Assembly: GCA_041663165.1 (NCBI GenBank)
Contig: JBAZRF010000003.1
Coordinates: 11,364-75,363, forward strand
Length of the DNA stretch: 64,000 nucleotides
Direction: 5' to 3'
Source: Minisyncoccota bacterium
GTDB lineage: Bacteria; Patescibacteriota; Minisyncoccia; Phycocordibacterales; XYD1-FULL-46-19
The notes beneath the pieces were generated by a model, which was not told the origin of the DNA, made no database searches, and was given only the letters and a program-made list of their open reading frames with translations. Each line of letters begins with the position of its first letter. Within the stretch, counting starts at the first letter, position 1. Positions 25,182-34,192 of this stretch are shown here, piece after piece. The translations under genes were made by a program, and so were the position numbers.

Positions 25182-26126
25182 ATGAAAATCTTTCGGCTTA
25201 GATTTTTTGTTGACTTGCTCATCATTTTAGCGCTGTTAGGCGCGGGCTATTATTACCGCGCTGATCTTGGCCGGATTGGGCGAGAACTGGTGAATCGAAC
25301 TGTACCTTGTTCGCAATCCATTACTTATTCTCTTGGCAACATTGACCCGCGTTTTGGTTTAACCAAGGCCGAAGTTTTGGCTGATATTAAACAAGCCGAG
25401 AAAATTTGGGAAGCGCCAGTTGATAAACAGCTCTTCGAATCCTCGCCCACCGGGGCCTTAAAAATAAATTTTATTTATGACGATCGGCAAAAAGCGACTA
25501 ATGCTTTGAAAAAAATGGGCCTAACAATCGACAATGACCGGGCGACCTACGATGCCCTCAAGGTCAAATATGACTCGCTGGTTACTTTGTATAACCAAGA
25601 TAAAGCGCAAATCGAAGCCTTGGTGGCGAATTATCAGGCCGATCAAAATGCCTATAATCAAGAGGTAAGTTCTTGGAATAGCCGCGGTGGTGCGCCAAAA
25701 GCCGAATTTAATGCCTTGGAACAAAAAAGACTAGAGTTAAATAATCAAATCGCGGTAATTAATCAGGACCAAAAAAACTTCAATAGCTTGGTCGATAGTA
25801 TTAATTCAACCGAGCTGGTACTTAACAAATTGGTTAGCATTCTTAATCTCCATGTCAGCGCCTATAATACGACCGGGTCATCAGTGGGTGAGCAGTTTAA
25901 TGAGGGAGAATATAAGAGCGACGTGAGCGGAATAGCCATCGACATTTATCAATTTAACGATAATAATCAGCTAACCAGAGTGTTGGCTCACGAACTCGGG
26001 CACGCTTTAGGACTGGACCATATCAATAATCCAAAGGCCATCATGTATTATCTTAACGAAGGTTTGAATATAAAATTAACTGCCGACGACCTTGCTGCCC
26101 TGAAAAAAGAGTGTGGAATCAAGTAA
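25182..26126 (+). CDS. Membrane-anchored zinc metalloprotease, metzincin/matrixin-like
   Basis: HELGHALGLDH (HExxHxxGxxH) plus a downstream Met-turn (IMYY). N-terminal TM helix and a coiled-coil middle. Confidence 0.65.
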   Translation: MKIFRLRFFVDLLIILALLGAGYYYRADLGRIGRELVNRTVPCSQSITYSLGNIDPRFGLTKAEVLADIKQAEKIWEAPVDKQLFESSPTGALKINFIYDDRQKATNALKKMGLTIDNDRATYDALKVKYDSLVTLYNQDKAQIEALVANYQADQNAYNQEVSSWNSRGGAPKAEFNALEQKRLELNNQIAVINQDQKNFNSLVDSINSTELVLNKLVSILNLHVSAYNTTGSSVGEQFNEGEYKSDVSGIAIDIYQFNDNNQLTRVLAHELGHALGLDHINNPKAIMYYLNEGLNIKLTADDLAALKKECGIK

Positions 26127-26175
26127 ATTTAGCGAGCTTGTATATTGGGGTAATTGCTTATAAGATAGGTATATT

Positions 26176-26460
26176 ATGGTAGACCCAAAACAAGTAGATT
26201 TTAATCAATTACCTAAGAAGTTTTGCGACGGGGCAATTGGCGCTTATGGCAAAGAACTTTTCTCGTTTGCCTTAACTTCGGGCAATAGCTTGGATTCTTT
26301 TATTACTACCCCGCAAATTATGAAGAGTATTGCCATTTGGCTAGACGGTCAGGTGCAAAATTACGAAAAGCAATTTGGCGAGATTGATATGACTCCGCCC
26401 AAAATCGAGAGTCCAATCCAGCGCGCTGATTTAGAAAAACCAAGCGACGATAGTAAATGA
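26176..26460 (+). CDS. Hypothetical protein (94 aa)
   Basis: ORF only. Could be the N-terminal part of the next gene. Confidence 0.3.
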   Translation: MVDPKQVDFNQLPKKFCDGAIGAYGKELFSFALTSGNSLDSFITTPQIMKSIAIWLDGQVQNYEKQFGEIDMTPPKIESPIQRADLEKPSDDSK

Positions 26461-26464
26461 AATC

Positions 26465-26845
26465 TTGAGGAGATTTTTTATCAAGCGATCGATTTTGCGT
26501 GGTTTTAGCCGACGCAATTATTTAAAGCATAAAGAGCTGGCAAGGGCTTTGGTTTTGGCGCGAGTTGAATATTTTAATCAAATTTATAAATTGCCCGTTG
26601 GTCGGATCAGTATTCGTAACCAACGGTCGCGCTGGGGGAGTTGCTCTAAAAAGGGGAATTTGAATTTTAATTATAAAGTCGCCCTTATCCCAGCTCATCT
26701 CGCTGATTACATTATCGTTCATGAGTTGTGCCACTTAAAAGAGTTCAATCACTCCAAAAGGTTTTGGGCGCTGGTTGGACAAAGCACCCCTAATTATTTG
26801 GAACTTAGGCGAGAATTGCGTGGCTTTACAATCCCAATCCGCTAA
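26465..26845 (+). CDS. YgjP/DUF45 (SprT-like) predicted zinc metallohydrolase
   Basis: WGSCS...IVHELCHL motifs. Confidence 0.6.
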   Translation: MRRFFIKRSILRGFSRRNYLKHKELARALVLARVEYFNQIYKLPVGRISIRNQRSRWGSCSKKGNLNFNYKVALIPAHLADYIIVHELCHLKEFNHSKRFWALVGQSTPNYLELRRELRGFTIPIR

Positions 26846-27089
26846 GTTGGGAGACATAATCGTTCATAAACATCGGGAGAACAAACATTAGCCCGATCAC
26901 CGGGATGACCAACACGACAACGGTAATAATCAGCGTCCAGAGAAAGTATTTTCGCGTTTTTTCGACCGAAAGGTAAATGTTATCAATTTTTTCTTCGAGC
27001 TTGATTAAGCGTTGTTCAAAATTTGGTTCCATAACCATAATTATAGCAAGGACGGAAAATCTTGTAAAAGGAAAAGATTTGTGGTACAA
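26826..27089 (-). CDS. Hypothetical small membrane protein
   Basis: ORF with one TM helix. Confidence 0.3.
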   Translation of the reverse strand: MYHKSFPFTRFSVLAIIMVMEPNFEQRLIKLEEKIDNIYLSVEKTRKYFLWTLIITVVVLVIPVIGLMFVLPMFMNDYVSQLSGLGL

Positions 27090-27141
27090 TTGTGGAGTGA
27101 AAGCTGACTATAAAAAGGAACAAGAGATTAACTTTGCCGAC

Positions 27142-27330
27142 ATGACGCTTGAAGGCTTCGCCAATTACTATAATAAAAATATCCCAGCCTCCTTTCCTCG
27201 GGCAACCAAAGAGGCCCTAGAAGAATTTAAGACTACCCACGCGACCCTTTTTGACACTAGCGGTCGATGGACTATCGACAAACATCGCCGCCGCCTAATG
27301 GATTGGCTACCCTCATATCGCACCAATTAA
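27142..27330 (+). CDS. Hypothetical 62-aa protein
   Basis: Internal ATG of ORF 26977-27330, chosen to avoid overlap with the minus-strand gene. A terminator hairpin follows at about 27331-27366. Confidence 0.3.
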   Translation: MTLEGFANYYNKNIPASFPRATKEALEEFKTTHATLFDTSGRWTIDKHRRRLMDWLPSYRTN

Positions 27331-27572
27331 GAAAAGAGCTCAAAAATGAGTCCTTTTCTTTTTATGGACTGGTGATAAAATGTATAGGTATGAAAAACAC
27401 TGGAAAGGTTGGTAATAAAAAGGGGCAGCCGAAGTTTCGGACGCCTTCAACCTTTATTGCCAATCAAAGTTTAAAAAATAATTTTAGGAAGGCCAACAAT
27501 TTCAAAAATCGGCCGACTAAAGTTTTTAATCGCGGTAAATAATCTCTCGACCTTGCTCGAGACAAAAAAATT

Positions 27573-28298
27573 ATGAACAAAGATTCCATTGTTTTTGCCG
27601 GCCTATTGCTCGGGCTCTGCATCATTATTTCTACGGCGGTGGGCGGCTATTCTTTTTATAACGTGCGCTCGCTCGACAATTCACTCACGGTGACTGGTTC
27701 GGCCAAAATGTCGGTAAAATCTGACACGGTTAAGTGGACTACTTTTTTTGTGCGAGCGGTTGATGTCAGTACGCTTAAAGATGGCTACGCCAAAATGGCG
27801 AGCGACTTGATTGCTGTCAAAAAGTTTTATGCCGATAATGGTTACGCTGATAAAGATCTGATTATCTCTCCGGTTTTTATGGAGGAAATTTATAATCCAA
27901 ATGGCAACGCGCAAAACAAACAATATCAATTACGCCAAACGATCGAATTAAACTCCATTACCGATTTGGAAAAAGTTACTGGCTTGTCTAAAAATACCCA
28001 AAGCCTAATTGATTCGGGTGTCGTCTTCTCAACCCAATCGCTCGAATACTATTATTCTAAATTGCCCGATCTGCGCGTTAAACTCCTTGCCGCCGCCCTG
28101 GCCGATGCCAAAGCGCGTGCTGTCGAAATTGCCAAGGCTGGTGGCCGCTCGGTTGGAGCGCTAAAGTCCGCCTCCTCGGGAGTGGTTCAAGTTTTGCCTC
28201 CCAACTCCGTAGACGTGAGCGATTATGGCAATTATGACACTTCAAGTGTCAATAAGGAGGTAATGGTTACTGCCAAGGCCTCGTTTGTGATCAAATAG
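27573..28298 (+). CDS. SIMPL/DUF541 (BP26-like) periplasmic protein
   Basis: N-terminal TM helix; LLAAALADAKARA motif of SIMPL. Confidence 0.7.
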   Translation: MNKDSIVFAGLLLGLCIIISTAVGGYSFYNVRSLDNSLTVTGSAKMSVKSDTVKWTTFFVRAVDVSTLKDGYAKMASDLIAVKKFYADNGYADKDLIISPVFMEEIYNPNGNAQNKQYQLRQTIELNSITDLEKVTGLSKNTQSLIDSGVVFSTQSLEYYYSKLPDLRVKLLAAALADAKARAVEIAKAGGRSVGALKSASSGVVQVLPPNSVDVSDYGNYDTSSVNKEVMVTAKASFVIK

Positions 28299-28347
28299 CC
28301 CCATATTTTTTGTCTATTTTTATTTGCTCCTGTATAATATGGGGCAT

Positions 28348-30810
28348 ATGGAAAAATCTAAAGCTTTCGTTATTTGGTTCAAAGATCTGGGTATCAGTGA
28401 CGTCCCGCTAGTTGGCGGTAAAAACGCCGCTCTCGGTGAAATGTGTAATAATCTAACGCAATTGGGCGTAAATGTGCCCGATGGCTTTGCCATTACCGCT
28501 TATGCCTACAGCTATTTTATTGAAAAAACCGGCCTGAAGAATCGAATCAAAGATTGCTTGGAGGGTTTAAATACCCACAACATTAATGATCTGCAAAAAC
28601 GTGGCAAACAAGTTCGCGACATGATCATTAAAGAGCAATTACCCGACGAATTAACAGTTGAGATCACTAATGCTTATCGAGAACTCTCCGCTAACTACCA
28701 TAAGCCAACTATTGATGTGGCCGTGCGTTCATCGGCGACGGCTGAAGATTTGCCTGGCGCCTCGTTTGCCGGCCAGCAAGAGACTTATCTTAACGTGGTC
28801 GGCGAAGCGATGCTTTTAGAATCGGTGAGGAAGTGTATTGCCTCGCTCTTTACCAATCGCGCCATTTCTTATCGCGTCGATAAGGGCTTTTCAATGTTCG
28901 ATATTGCGCTCTCGGTGGGCGTACAAAAAATGGTTAGGAGCGACGTGGGCGCTTCGGGCGTGATGTTTTCAATTGATACCGAAACTGGTTTTGACAAGGT
29001 AGTGGTAATTGACGGTGCTTACGGTTTGGGCGAGATGGTGGTGCAAGGTCAAGTAATCCCTGATGAATTTGTGATTTTCAAACCATCGCTCGAACGGGGT
29101 TTCTACCCGATTTTATCGAAGACACTGGGCCAAAAGGATGTCAAATTAATTTATGGTAAAAAGGGAACAGTCCGAGTCAAAGTTGCGCCTAAAGAACAAA
29201 CCAAGTTCTGCCTAACCGATGATGAAGCGACCAAAATGGCTACTTGGGCGGTCACGATTGAAAAATATTTTTCGAATCGCCGCGGTAAATACCAGCCAAT
29301 GGATATGGAATGGGCTAAGGACGGCGTAACTGGTGAGCTCTTTATTGTTCAGGCCCGACCCGAGACTATTCATGCCGAGGCTGACAAGAGTGTTTACAAA
29401 GAATGGGTACTCAAAAAATCCGCCTCCGCCAAAGGCTCCGGCGAGACAAGGGAACTAATTAAGGGAATTGCCATTGGTTCAAAGATCGCGACTGGTCCGG
29501 TGCGGATCATTCGCGACGCTAAACAAATGAACACCTTTAAGAAGGGCGAAATCTTGGTAACCGAAATTACCGATCCTGATTGGGAGCCGATTATGAAGAT
29601 TGCTTCAGCGATTATTACGGAGAAGGGTGGACGCACCAGCCACGCCGCCATCGTTTCGCGCGAGCTCGGCGTACCGTGCATTGTTGGCACCGGCACCGCC
29701 ACGAAAAAATTAAAAAATGGCCAAGTAGTTACTGTTGACTGCTCATCAGGCAAAGACGGAATTGCCTATGCTGGTAAAATTGATTTCGAAATTGTTGAGC
29801 ACCACTTAGATCGCTTGCCGAAAACGCGCACCAAGGTGATGGTGAACATCGGTTCGCCTGAAGACGCAATGCGTAATTATTATTTACCGGTCGCCGGTGT
29901 TGGCTTGGGACGCGTTGAATTTATCATCAGCTCCTATATCAAAGTTCACCCAAATGCGCTAATTGATTATGATAAGTTAAAAAAGGCTAAAGATGCTAAA
30001 ACGAAAAAGTTAATTAAGCAAATTGATGAGCTAACAACCGAATATCAAGGCCAAAAGAAGACCAATTATTATGTCAACGAATTGGCCGAGGGCGTGGCCC
30101 TGATCGGCGCCGCTTTTTGGCCCAATGAAGTAATTATTCGTTTCTCCGATTTTAAAACCAACGAATATAGCACCTTAATTGGCGGGGATTTATATGAGCC
30201 GAGGGAGGAAAATCCGATGATCGGCTGGCGGGGCGCCTCTCGCTACTATGATCCTAAATTTAAAGCCGCTTTTGCTCTCGAGTGCCGGGCGCTCGCCAAG
30301 GTGCGCAAAGAAATGGGGCTCACTAACATCGTCACGATGGTACCATTCTGTCGCACTGTTGAGGAGGGCAAAGCTGTACTTGAATTGATGGAAGATAATG
30401 GCTTGGCTCGCATGGAGGATCCGAGCTTGAAAATTTATGTGATGTGCGAAATTCCGTCGAACGTGACCGAAGCCGATGAATTCTTGGAAATTTTTGATGG
30501 GATGTCGATTGGCTCAAACGATCTAACGCAATTAACGCTCGGTCTTGATCGTGATTCAGGGATTGTCAGTCATATTGCCAACGAAAATCACCCGTCAGTT
30601 AAAAAATTAATCGAAGTGGCCATTAGTGCTTGCCGACGTCATAATAAATACGTTGGCATTTGCGGGCAGGCCCCGTCTGATTACCCCGAATATGCCGAGT
30701 TCTTAATTAAGAATGGTATTGAGAGCATTTCGCTCAATCCCGACACCGTTATTAAAACCTTGCCGATCATCGAAGCGGCGGAGAAAAAGTATCCAACGCC
30801 GAATGCGTAG
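28348..30810 (+). CDS. ppsA: Phosphoenolpyruvate synthase (pyruvate, water dikinase)
   Basis: GGRTSHAAIVSRELGVPCIVG phosphohistidine motif, PEP-utilizing C-terminal domain, and a TATAAT just upstream. The ORF track starts at 28324. Confidence 0.9.
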   Translation: MEKSKAFVIWFKDLGISDVPLVGGKNAALGEMCNNLTQLGVNVPDGFAITAYAYSYFIEKTGLKNRIKDCLEGLNTHNINDLQKRGKQVRDMIIKEQLPDELTVEITNAYRELSANYHKPTIDVAVRSSATAEDLPGASFAGQQETYLNVVGEAMLLESVRKCIASLFTNRAISYRVDKGFSMFDIALSVGVQKMVRSDVGASGVMFSIDTETGFDKVVVIDGAYGLGEMVVQGQVIPDEFVIFKPSLERGFYPILSKTLGQKDVKLIYGKKGTVRVKVAPKEQTKFCLTDDEATKMATWAVTIEKYFSNRRGKYQPMDMEWAKDGVTGELFIVQARPETIHAEADKSVYKEWVLKKSASAKGSGETRELIKGIAIGSKIATGPVRIIRDAKQMNTFKKGEILVTEITDPDWEPIMKIASAIITEKGGRTSHAAIVSRELGVPCIVGTGTATKKLKNGQVVTVDCSSGKDGIAYAGKIDFEIVEHHLDRLPKTRTKVMVNIGSPEDAMRNYYLPVAGVGLGRVEFIISSYIKVHPNALIDYDKLKKAKDAKTKKLIKQIDELTTEYQGQKKTNYYVNELAEGVALIGAAFWPNEVIIRFSDFKTNEYSTLIGGDLYEPREENPMIGWRGASRYYDPKFKAAFALECRALAKVRKEMGLTNIVTMVPFCRTVEEGKAVLELMEDNGLARMEDPSLKIYVMCEIPSNVTEADEFLEIFDGMSIGSNDLTQLTLGLDRDSGIVSHIANENHPSVKKLIEVAISACRRHNKYVGICGQAPSDYPEYAEFLIKNGIESISLNPDTVIKTLPIIEAAEKKYPTPNA

Positions 30811-30818
30811 TTAATTTA

Positions 30819-30855
30819 GAAGTCGTACTTCAAGTGAGCCCGAAGTCCGACTTCG
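30819..30855. repeat. Intergenic palindromic elements (GAAGTCGTACTTC then CCCGAAGTCCGACTTCG)
   Basis: Same GAAGTC...GACTTC motif family as the intragenic copies. Confidence 0.6.
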
Positions 30856-30945
30856 AAATTATTTAAACCTAGAAAAAAGAAAACCCGCCACACGCCAACG
30901 GTGGGTTCTCCCAGTGCGTTGATGCGGGGCGGGGACAGGCAGGGG

Positions 30946-31395
30946 CTATTTCAGGAGTTCGAAATCCAGCGATCCGTCAGGACCCATGCTCGGAGCACAC
31001 ACTTCAAGCTTTTTGAAACCGTTTGTGCTCCACGGGATGCGAATTTCGATTCGCTCGACACCTTCCACCTTCATCGCTTGCCTGATTGCGATGAGGAAAT
31101 GTCGTTGTGTCGGAGTTGGCATACCGGCATAGCGGAGGAATAGCTCCTGATTGTCGAAGAAGATATCCACGCCATTGTCGGCGGCCGGGATTCGGAAGCG
31201 TGGTTTCGATTTAGACTCGCCCCTTAGTTCTTTTTCAACACCGGGCAAATCTTCTCCTATTCCCACCTGCTGTCCGGCCCACCATCTCTTATAGAATTCG
31301 TCGAAAAGACACTCCAACACCTTACGAGTAGTAACTTGCATGACAAACTCCTTTCTTTGGCTCGAATCACTGCGCAGGATGCGTTTTGCGCTCAT
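30946..31395 (-). CDS. Hypothetical protein (149 aa), GC-richer than its surroundings
   Basis: ORF with a TTGACA-containing promoter-like sequence upstream on the minus strand. Confidence 0.4.
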   Translation of the reverse strand: MSAKRILRSDSSQRKEFVMQVTTRKVLECLFDEFYKRWWAGQQVGIGEDLPGVEKELRGESKSKPRFRIPAADNGVDIFFDNQELFLRYAGMPTPTQRHFLIAIRQAMKVEGVERIEIRIPWSTNGFKKLEVCAPSMGPDGSLDFELLK

Positions 31396-31486
31396 TCGGC
31401 CAGTTGTGCATCCGATATAATAAAACCAGTTTTAATAAAAGATGTCAAGTATTTTAAAATAAGCCGAAGTTGTATAATTAACAAAT

Positions 31487-32548
31487 ATGAAAACAATATT
31501 TTTTGAATTAGAAAATTGGGAAAAAGAGTATATCGAAGCGAGTTCGGGGTCGGATTCGCAAAGTTCGAAATCGGATCTGGCTACGCGAGATACGATTTCG
31601 AACTTTGTTTTTGTCGATGGGATTTTGGATGAGGAGACGGTTGGTAAATTAACAGACGAGCAAAAGGGCACAGATATTATTTCGATTTTTGTTGACTCGG
31701 TAATCAATGCAAAAATTTTGGCGAGTTTTCCCAATCTCAAATTAATTTGCACTCGTTCGACCGGCTATGATCACATTGATATCGAAGCGTGTAAGGCCAA
31801 GGGCGTAGCGGTGGCGACTGTGCCCAGTTATGGCGAAGAGACGGTGGCGGAATACGCTTTTGCTTTAATGCTCACGCTCTCACGCAAAATTTTTGAAAGT
31901 TACGACCGCATTAAAAAGACGGGGAGCTTTGACCTTACCGGCATGCGCGGTTTTGATTTAAATGGTAAAACTCTAGGAGTAATTGGCACGGGCAAGATCG
32001 GCAAAAATGTGATTGAGATTGCCAAAGGCTTTAATATGAAAGTGATTGCTTATGATAAATTCCCCGACGAGGCTTATAAACAAAAAATGGGTTATGACTA
32101 CTTAATGATGGACGAAGTGCTGGCTCAAGCTGATATTTTGACCTTGCATGTGCCCTACCTGCCCGAAAACCACCATTTAATCAATGCCGAAATAATTGCC
32201 AAAATGAAAAAGGGTGTTTACTTAATCAACACCGCTCGCGGAGCGTTGGTTGAGACGGAAGCTTTGCTCAAGGGTCTTAAAGGTGGAGTGATTGCCGGCG
32301 CCGGTTTAGATGTGCTTGAAGAAGAGGGGATAATTAAAGATGAGCTAAACTTCTTGACGGGTGCTCACCCGGGCGAGCACGATTTGCGGGTGGTGCTCGA
32401 AAATCACGTTCTTGTCGATATGCCAAATGTTGTCGTCACGCCCCACAACGCCTTCAACACTTGGGAGGCTCTGCAACGCATCCTCAATACGACGCTTGAA
32501 AATATAAAATCTTTCTCTTCCGGAATGCCGCAAAACGTGGTAAAGTAG
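31487..32548 (+). CDS. D-isomer-specific 2-hydroxyacid dehydrogenase (D-lactate/phosphoglycerate dehydrogenase family)
   Basis: NAD-binding GVIGTGKIG with catalytic R/E/H layout. Carries a family-A palindromic insert near the N-terminus. Confidence 0.8.
   Translation: MKTIFFELENWEKEYIEASSGSDSQSSKSDLATRDTISNFVFVDGILDEETVGKLTDEQKGTDIISIFVDSVINAKILASFPNLKLICTRSTGYDHIDIEACKAKGVAVATVPSYGEETVAEYAFALMLTLSRKIFESYDRIKKTGSFDLTGMRGFDLNGKTLGVIGTGKIGKNVIEIAKGFNMKVIAYDKFPDEAYKQKMGYDYLMMDEVLAQADILTLHVPYLPENHHLINAEIIAKMKKGVYLINTARGALVETEALLKGLKGGVIAGAGLDVLEEEGIIKDELNFLTGAHPGEHDLRVVLENHVLVDMPNVVVTPHNAFNTWEALQRILNTTLENIKSFSSGMPQNVVK
31558..31606. repeat. Palindromic element, family A variant (CAAAGTTCGAAATCG-GATCTGGCTACGCGAGATA-CGATTTCGAACTTTG)
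   Basis: Perfect 15-bp terminal inverted repeats. The core loop is identical to 2191-2231. Confidence 0.8.
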
Positions 32549-32552
32549 CGGA

Positions 32553-33848
32553 GTGAAATTCGAAATACAGAAGAAAATGCAGGCTGGTCTAGGCCGGGCC
32601 GGAGTAATTCATACAGCGCATGGCGATATTGAGACGCCGGCGTTTGTAACGGTGGGGACTAAGGCGACGGTTAAGGCGCTCACGCCCGAGATGGTTAATT
32701 CGCTCGGTGCGCAGGTGGTGCTCGCCAACACTTACCATTTATATCTTCAGCCGGGAGATGAACTGATAAAAAAAGCCGGCGGTCTCCATAAGTTTATGAA
32801 CTACAACGGCCCAGTGATGACCGACTCGGGCGGTTTTCAGGTCTTCTCTCTTGGCGCGGCGTTCGGCGAAGGGGGTATTTCGAAATTTGTTAAAAACTCT
32901 GATAATCTGTGTACAAAATCGTCAAATAAGTCTTATTTTTCGAAATCCAACTTCGAACACGAGGAGGCCATCGTCAAGTTGGCCAAAATTGACGAAGACG
33001 GTGTAACTTTTAAATCAATTATTGACGGTTCGGAGCATCGCTTTACACCGGAGCGGTCGATGCAAATTCAGCATAATCTTGGTGCAGATATTATTTTTGC
33101 TTTTGATGAATGTACTTCACCTCTTGCCGATTATGAATATCAAAAGCAAGCGATGGAGCGAACCCATCGCTGGGCGGAACGGTCTTTGGCTGAACATCAG
33201 AGATTAAACGCCGAAGCTGGTTCGAAGTCGGATCTGGCCCCCACTTCGCCAAGGCTCCGAGGGGTAAATACGCGAGATACGACTTCTAACCCAGCCCTGT
33301 TTGGTATTGTGCAGGGTGGTCGACATCAAGATTTGAGAGAAGAAAGCGCGCGATTTTTGGCCGGATTATGTCCGCCTACTGGCGGATTTGACGGCTTTGG
33401 CATTGGTGGATCATTTAATAAAGAAGACATGGGCACGGCTGTTGGTTGGGTGAGCCAGATTTTGCCCGAAGATAAACCGCGACACTTGCTGGGCATTGGT
33501 GAACCAGCCGATATTATTGAGGGTATTAAAAATGGCGCCGATACTTTTGATTGTGTCACGCCTACCCGGATGGCCCGCAACGGGACGCTAATGGTTAAGG
33601 GTGGAAGACTTAATATCTTTAACGCTCAATATCGCGAAGATTTTGGCCCGATCGAAGAGGGTTGTGGTTGTTACACTTGCCAGCTCAACTCTGATGGCAC
33701 GGCCAAATATTCTCGCGCTTACTTGGCCCATCTCTTTCGCGCGAAAGAAATTCTCGCTTCAACTCTCGCTTCGATTCATAACCTTTATTTTTTGGTAAAC
33801 TTTACAAAACAAATTCGGAGTGATATTTTAGAAAACAGACTTGGCTAA
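32553..33848 (+). CDS. tgt: Queuine tRNA-ribosyltransferase (tRNA-guanine transglycosylase)
   Basis: VMTDSGGFQVFSL, zinc site CGCYTC, ending HNLYF. About 55 aa longer than typical because of two in-frame inserts. Confidence 0.85.
   Translation: MKFEIQKKMQAGLGRAGVIHTAHGDIETPAFVTVGTKATVKALTPEMVNSLGAQVVLANTYHLYLQPGDELIKKAGGLHKFMNYNGPVMTDSGGFQVFSLGAAFGEGGISKFVKNSDNLCTKSSNKSYFSKSNFEHEEAIVKLAKIDEDGVTFKSIIDGSEHRFTPERSMQIQHNLGADIIFAFDECTSPLADYEYQKQAMERTHRWAERSLAEHQRLNAEAGSKSDLAPTSPRLRGVNTRDTTSNPALFGIVQGGRHQDLREESARFLAGLCPPTGGFDGFGIGGSFNKEDMGTAVGWVSQILPEDKPRHLLGIGEPADIIEGIKNGADTFDCVTPTRMARNGTLMVKGGRLNIFNAQYREDFGPIEEGCGCYTCQLNSDGTAKYSRAYLAHLFRAKEILASTLASIHNLYFLVNFTKQIRSDILENRLG
32876..32960. repeat. 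AT-rich palindromic insert in tgt (AAATTTCGAAATTT ... TTTTTCGAAATCCAACTTCGAA)
   Basis: A perfect 14-bp palindrome plus a CGAAATCCAACTTCG unit. Encodes an extra about 30 aa after the FSLG motif. Confidence 0.6.
33219..33291. repeat. Family-A palindromic element with an internal 32-nt insertion, in-frame in tgt
   Basis: TTCGAAGTCGGATCTGGC, then an insert, then CGCGAGATACGACTTCTAA. Confidence 0.75.
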
Positions 33849-33888
33849 AACTCAGAAAGGGGGCTAAGCCCTGAGAACGTTTATTGGA

Positions 33889-34104
33889 ATGTTTCGCTCC
33901 CTGTTGAACGGGATTGTCTTAAGTGGACGGATCACTAAGACTCAAAAGGAAGCGATTATCTGTCTCGTCTACCTTACCTCTCCTCTGGAGGTTGGTCGTC
34001 TGGGCACATACCTAGAAGATCTTCGGATATTTGATCGCCTGACAGAAGGAGAGGAGAGAGATCTCCTGGGTTTTGCCGCAGAAATGCGGAAGAGAATGAA
34101 GTAA
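33889..34104 (+). CDS. Hypothetical 71-aa protein in a GC-rich patch
   Basis: AAAGGGGG SD-like sequence upstream. A terminator hairpin (GCCAGGGCTGTCTCTGGC plus T-tract) follows at about 34127-34160. Confidence 0.3.
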   Translation: MFRSLLNGIVLSGRITKTQKEAIICLVYLTSPLEVGRLGTYLEDLRIFDRLTEGEERDLLGFAAEMRKRMK

Positions 34105-34192
34105 TCCCACGGACTTAACTCGTTTAGCAACTGCCAGGGCTGTCTCTGGCGGTTTTTGTTTTGGTAAAATTTGTGATAACATAATCCTGCTT

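Noticed and set aside
26176-26845. Possible frameshifted single YgjP-family gene spanning ORFs 26176-26460 and 26465-26845
   Set aside because: The second ORF alone covers the region homologous to the 167-aa E. coli YgjP, including HELCHL, so I kept two genes. The first ORF may nonetheless be an N-terminal extension.
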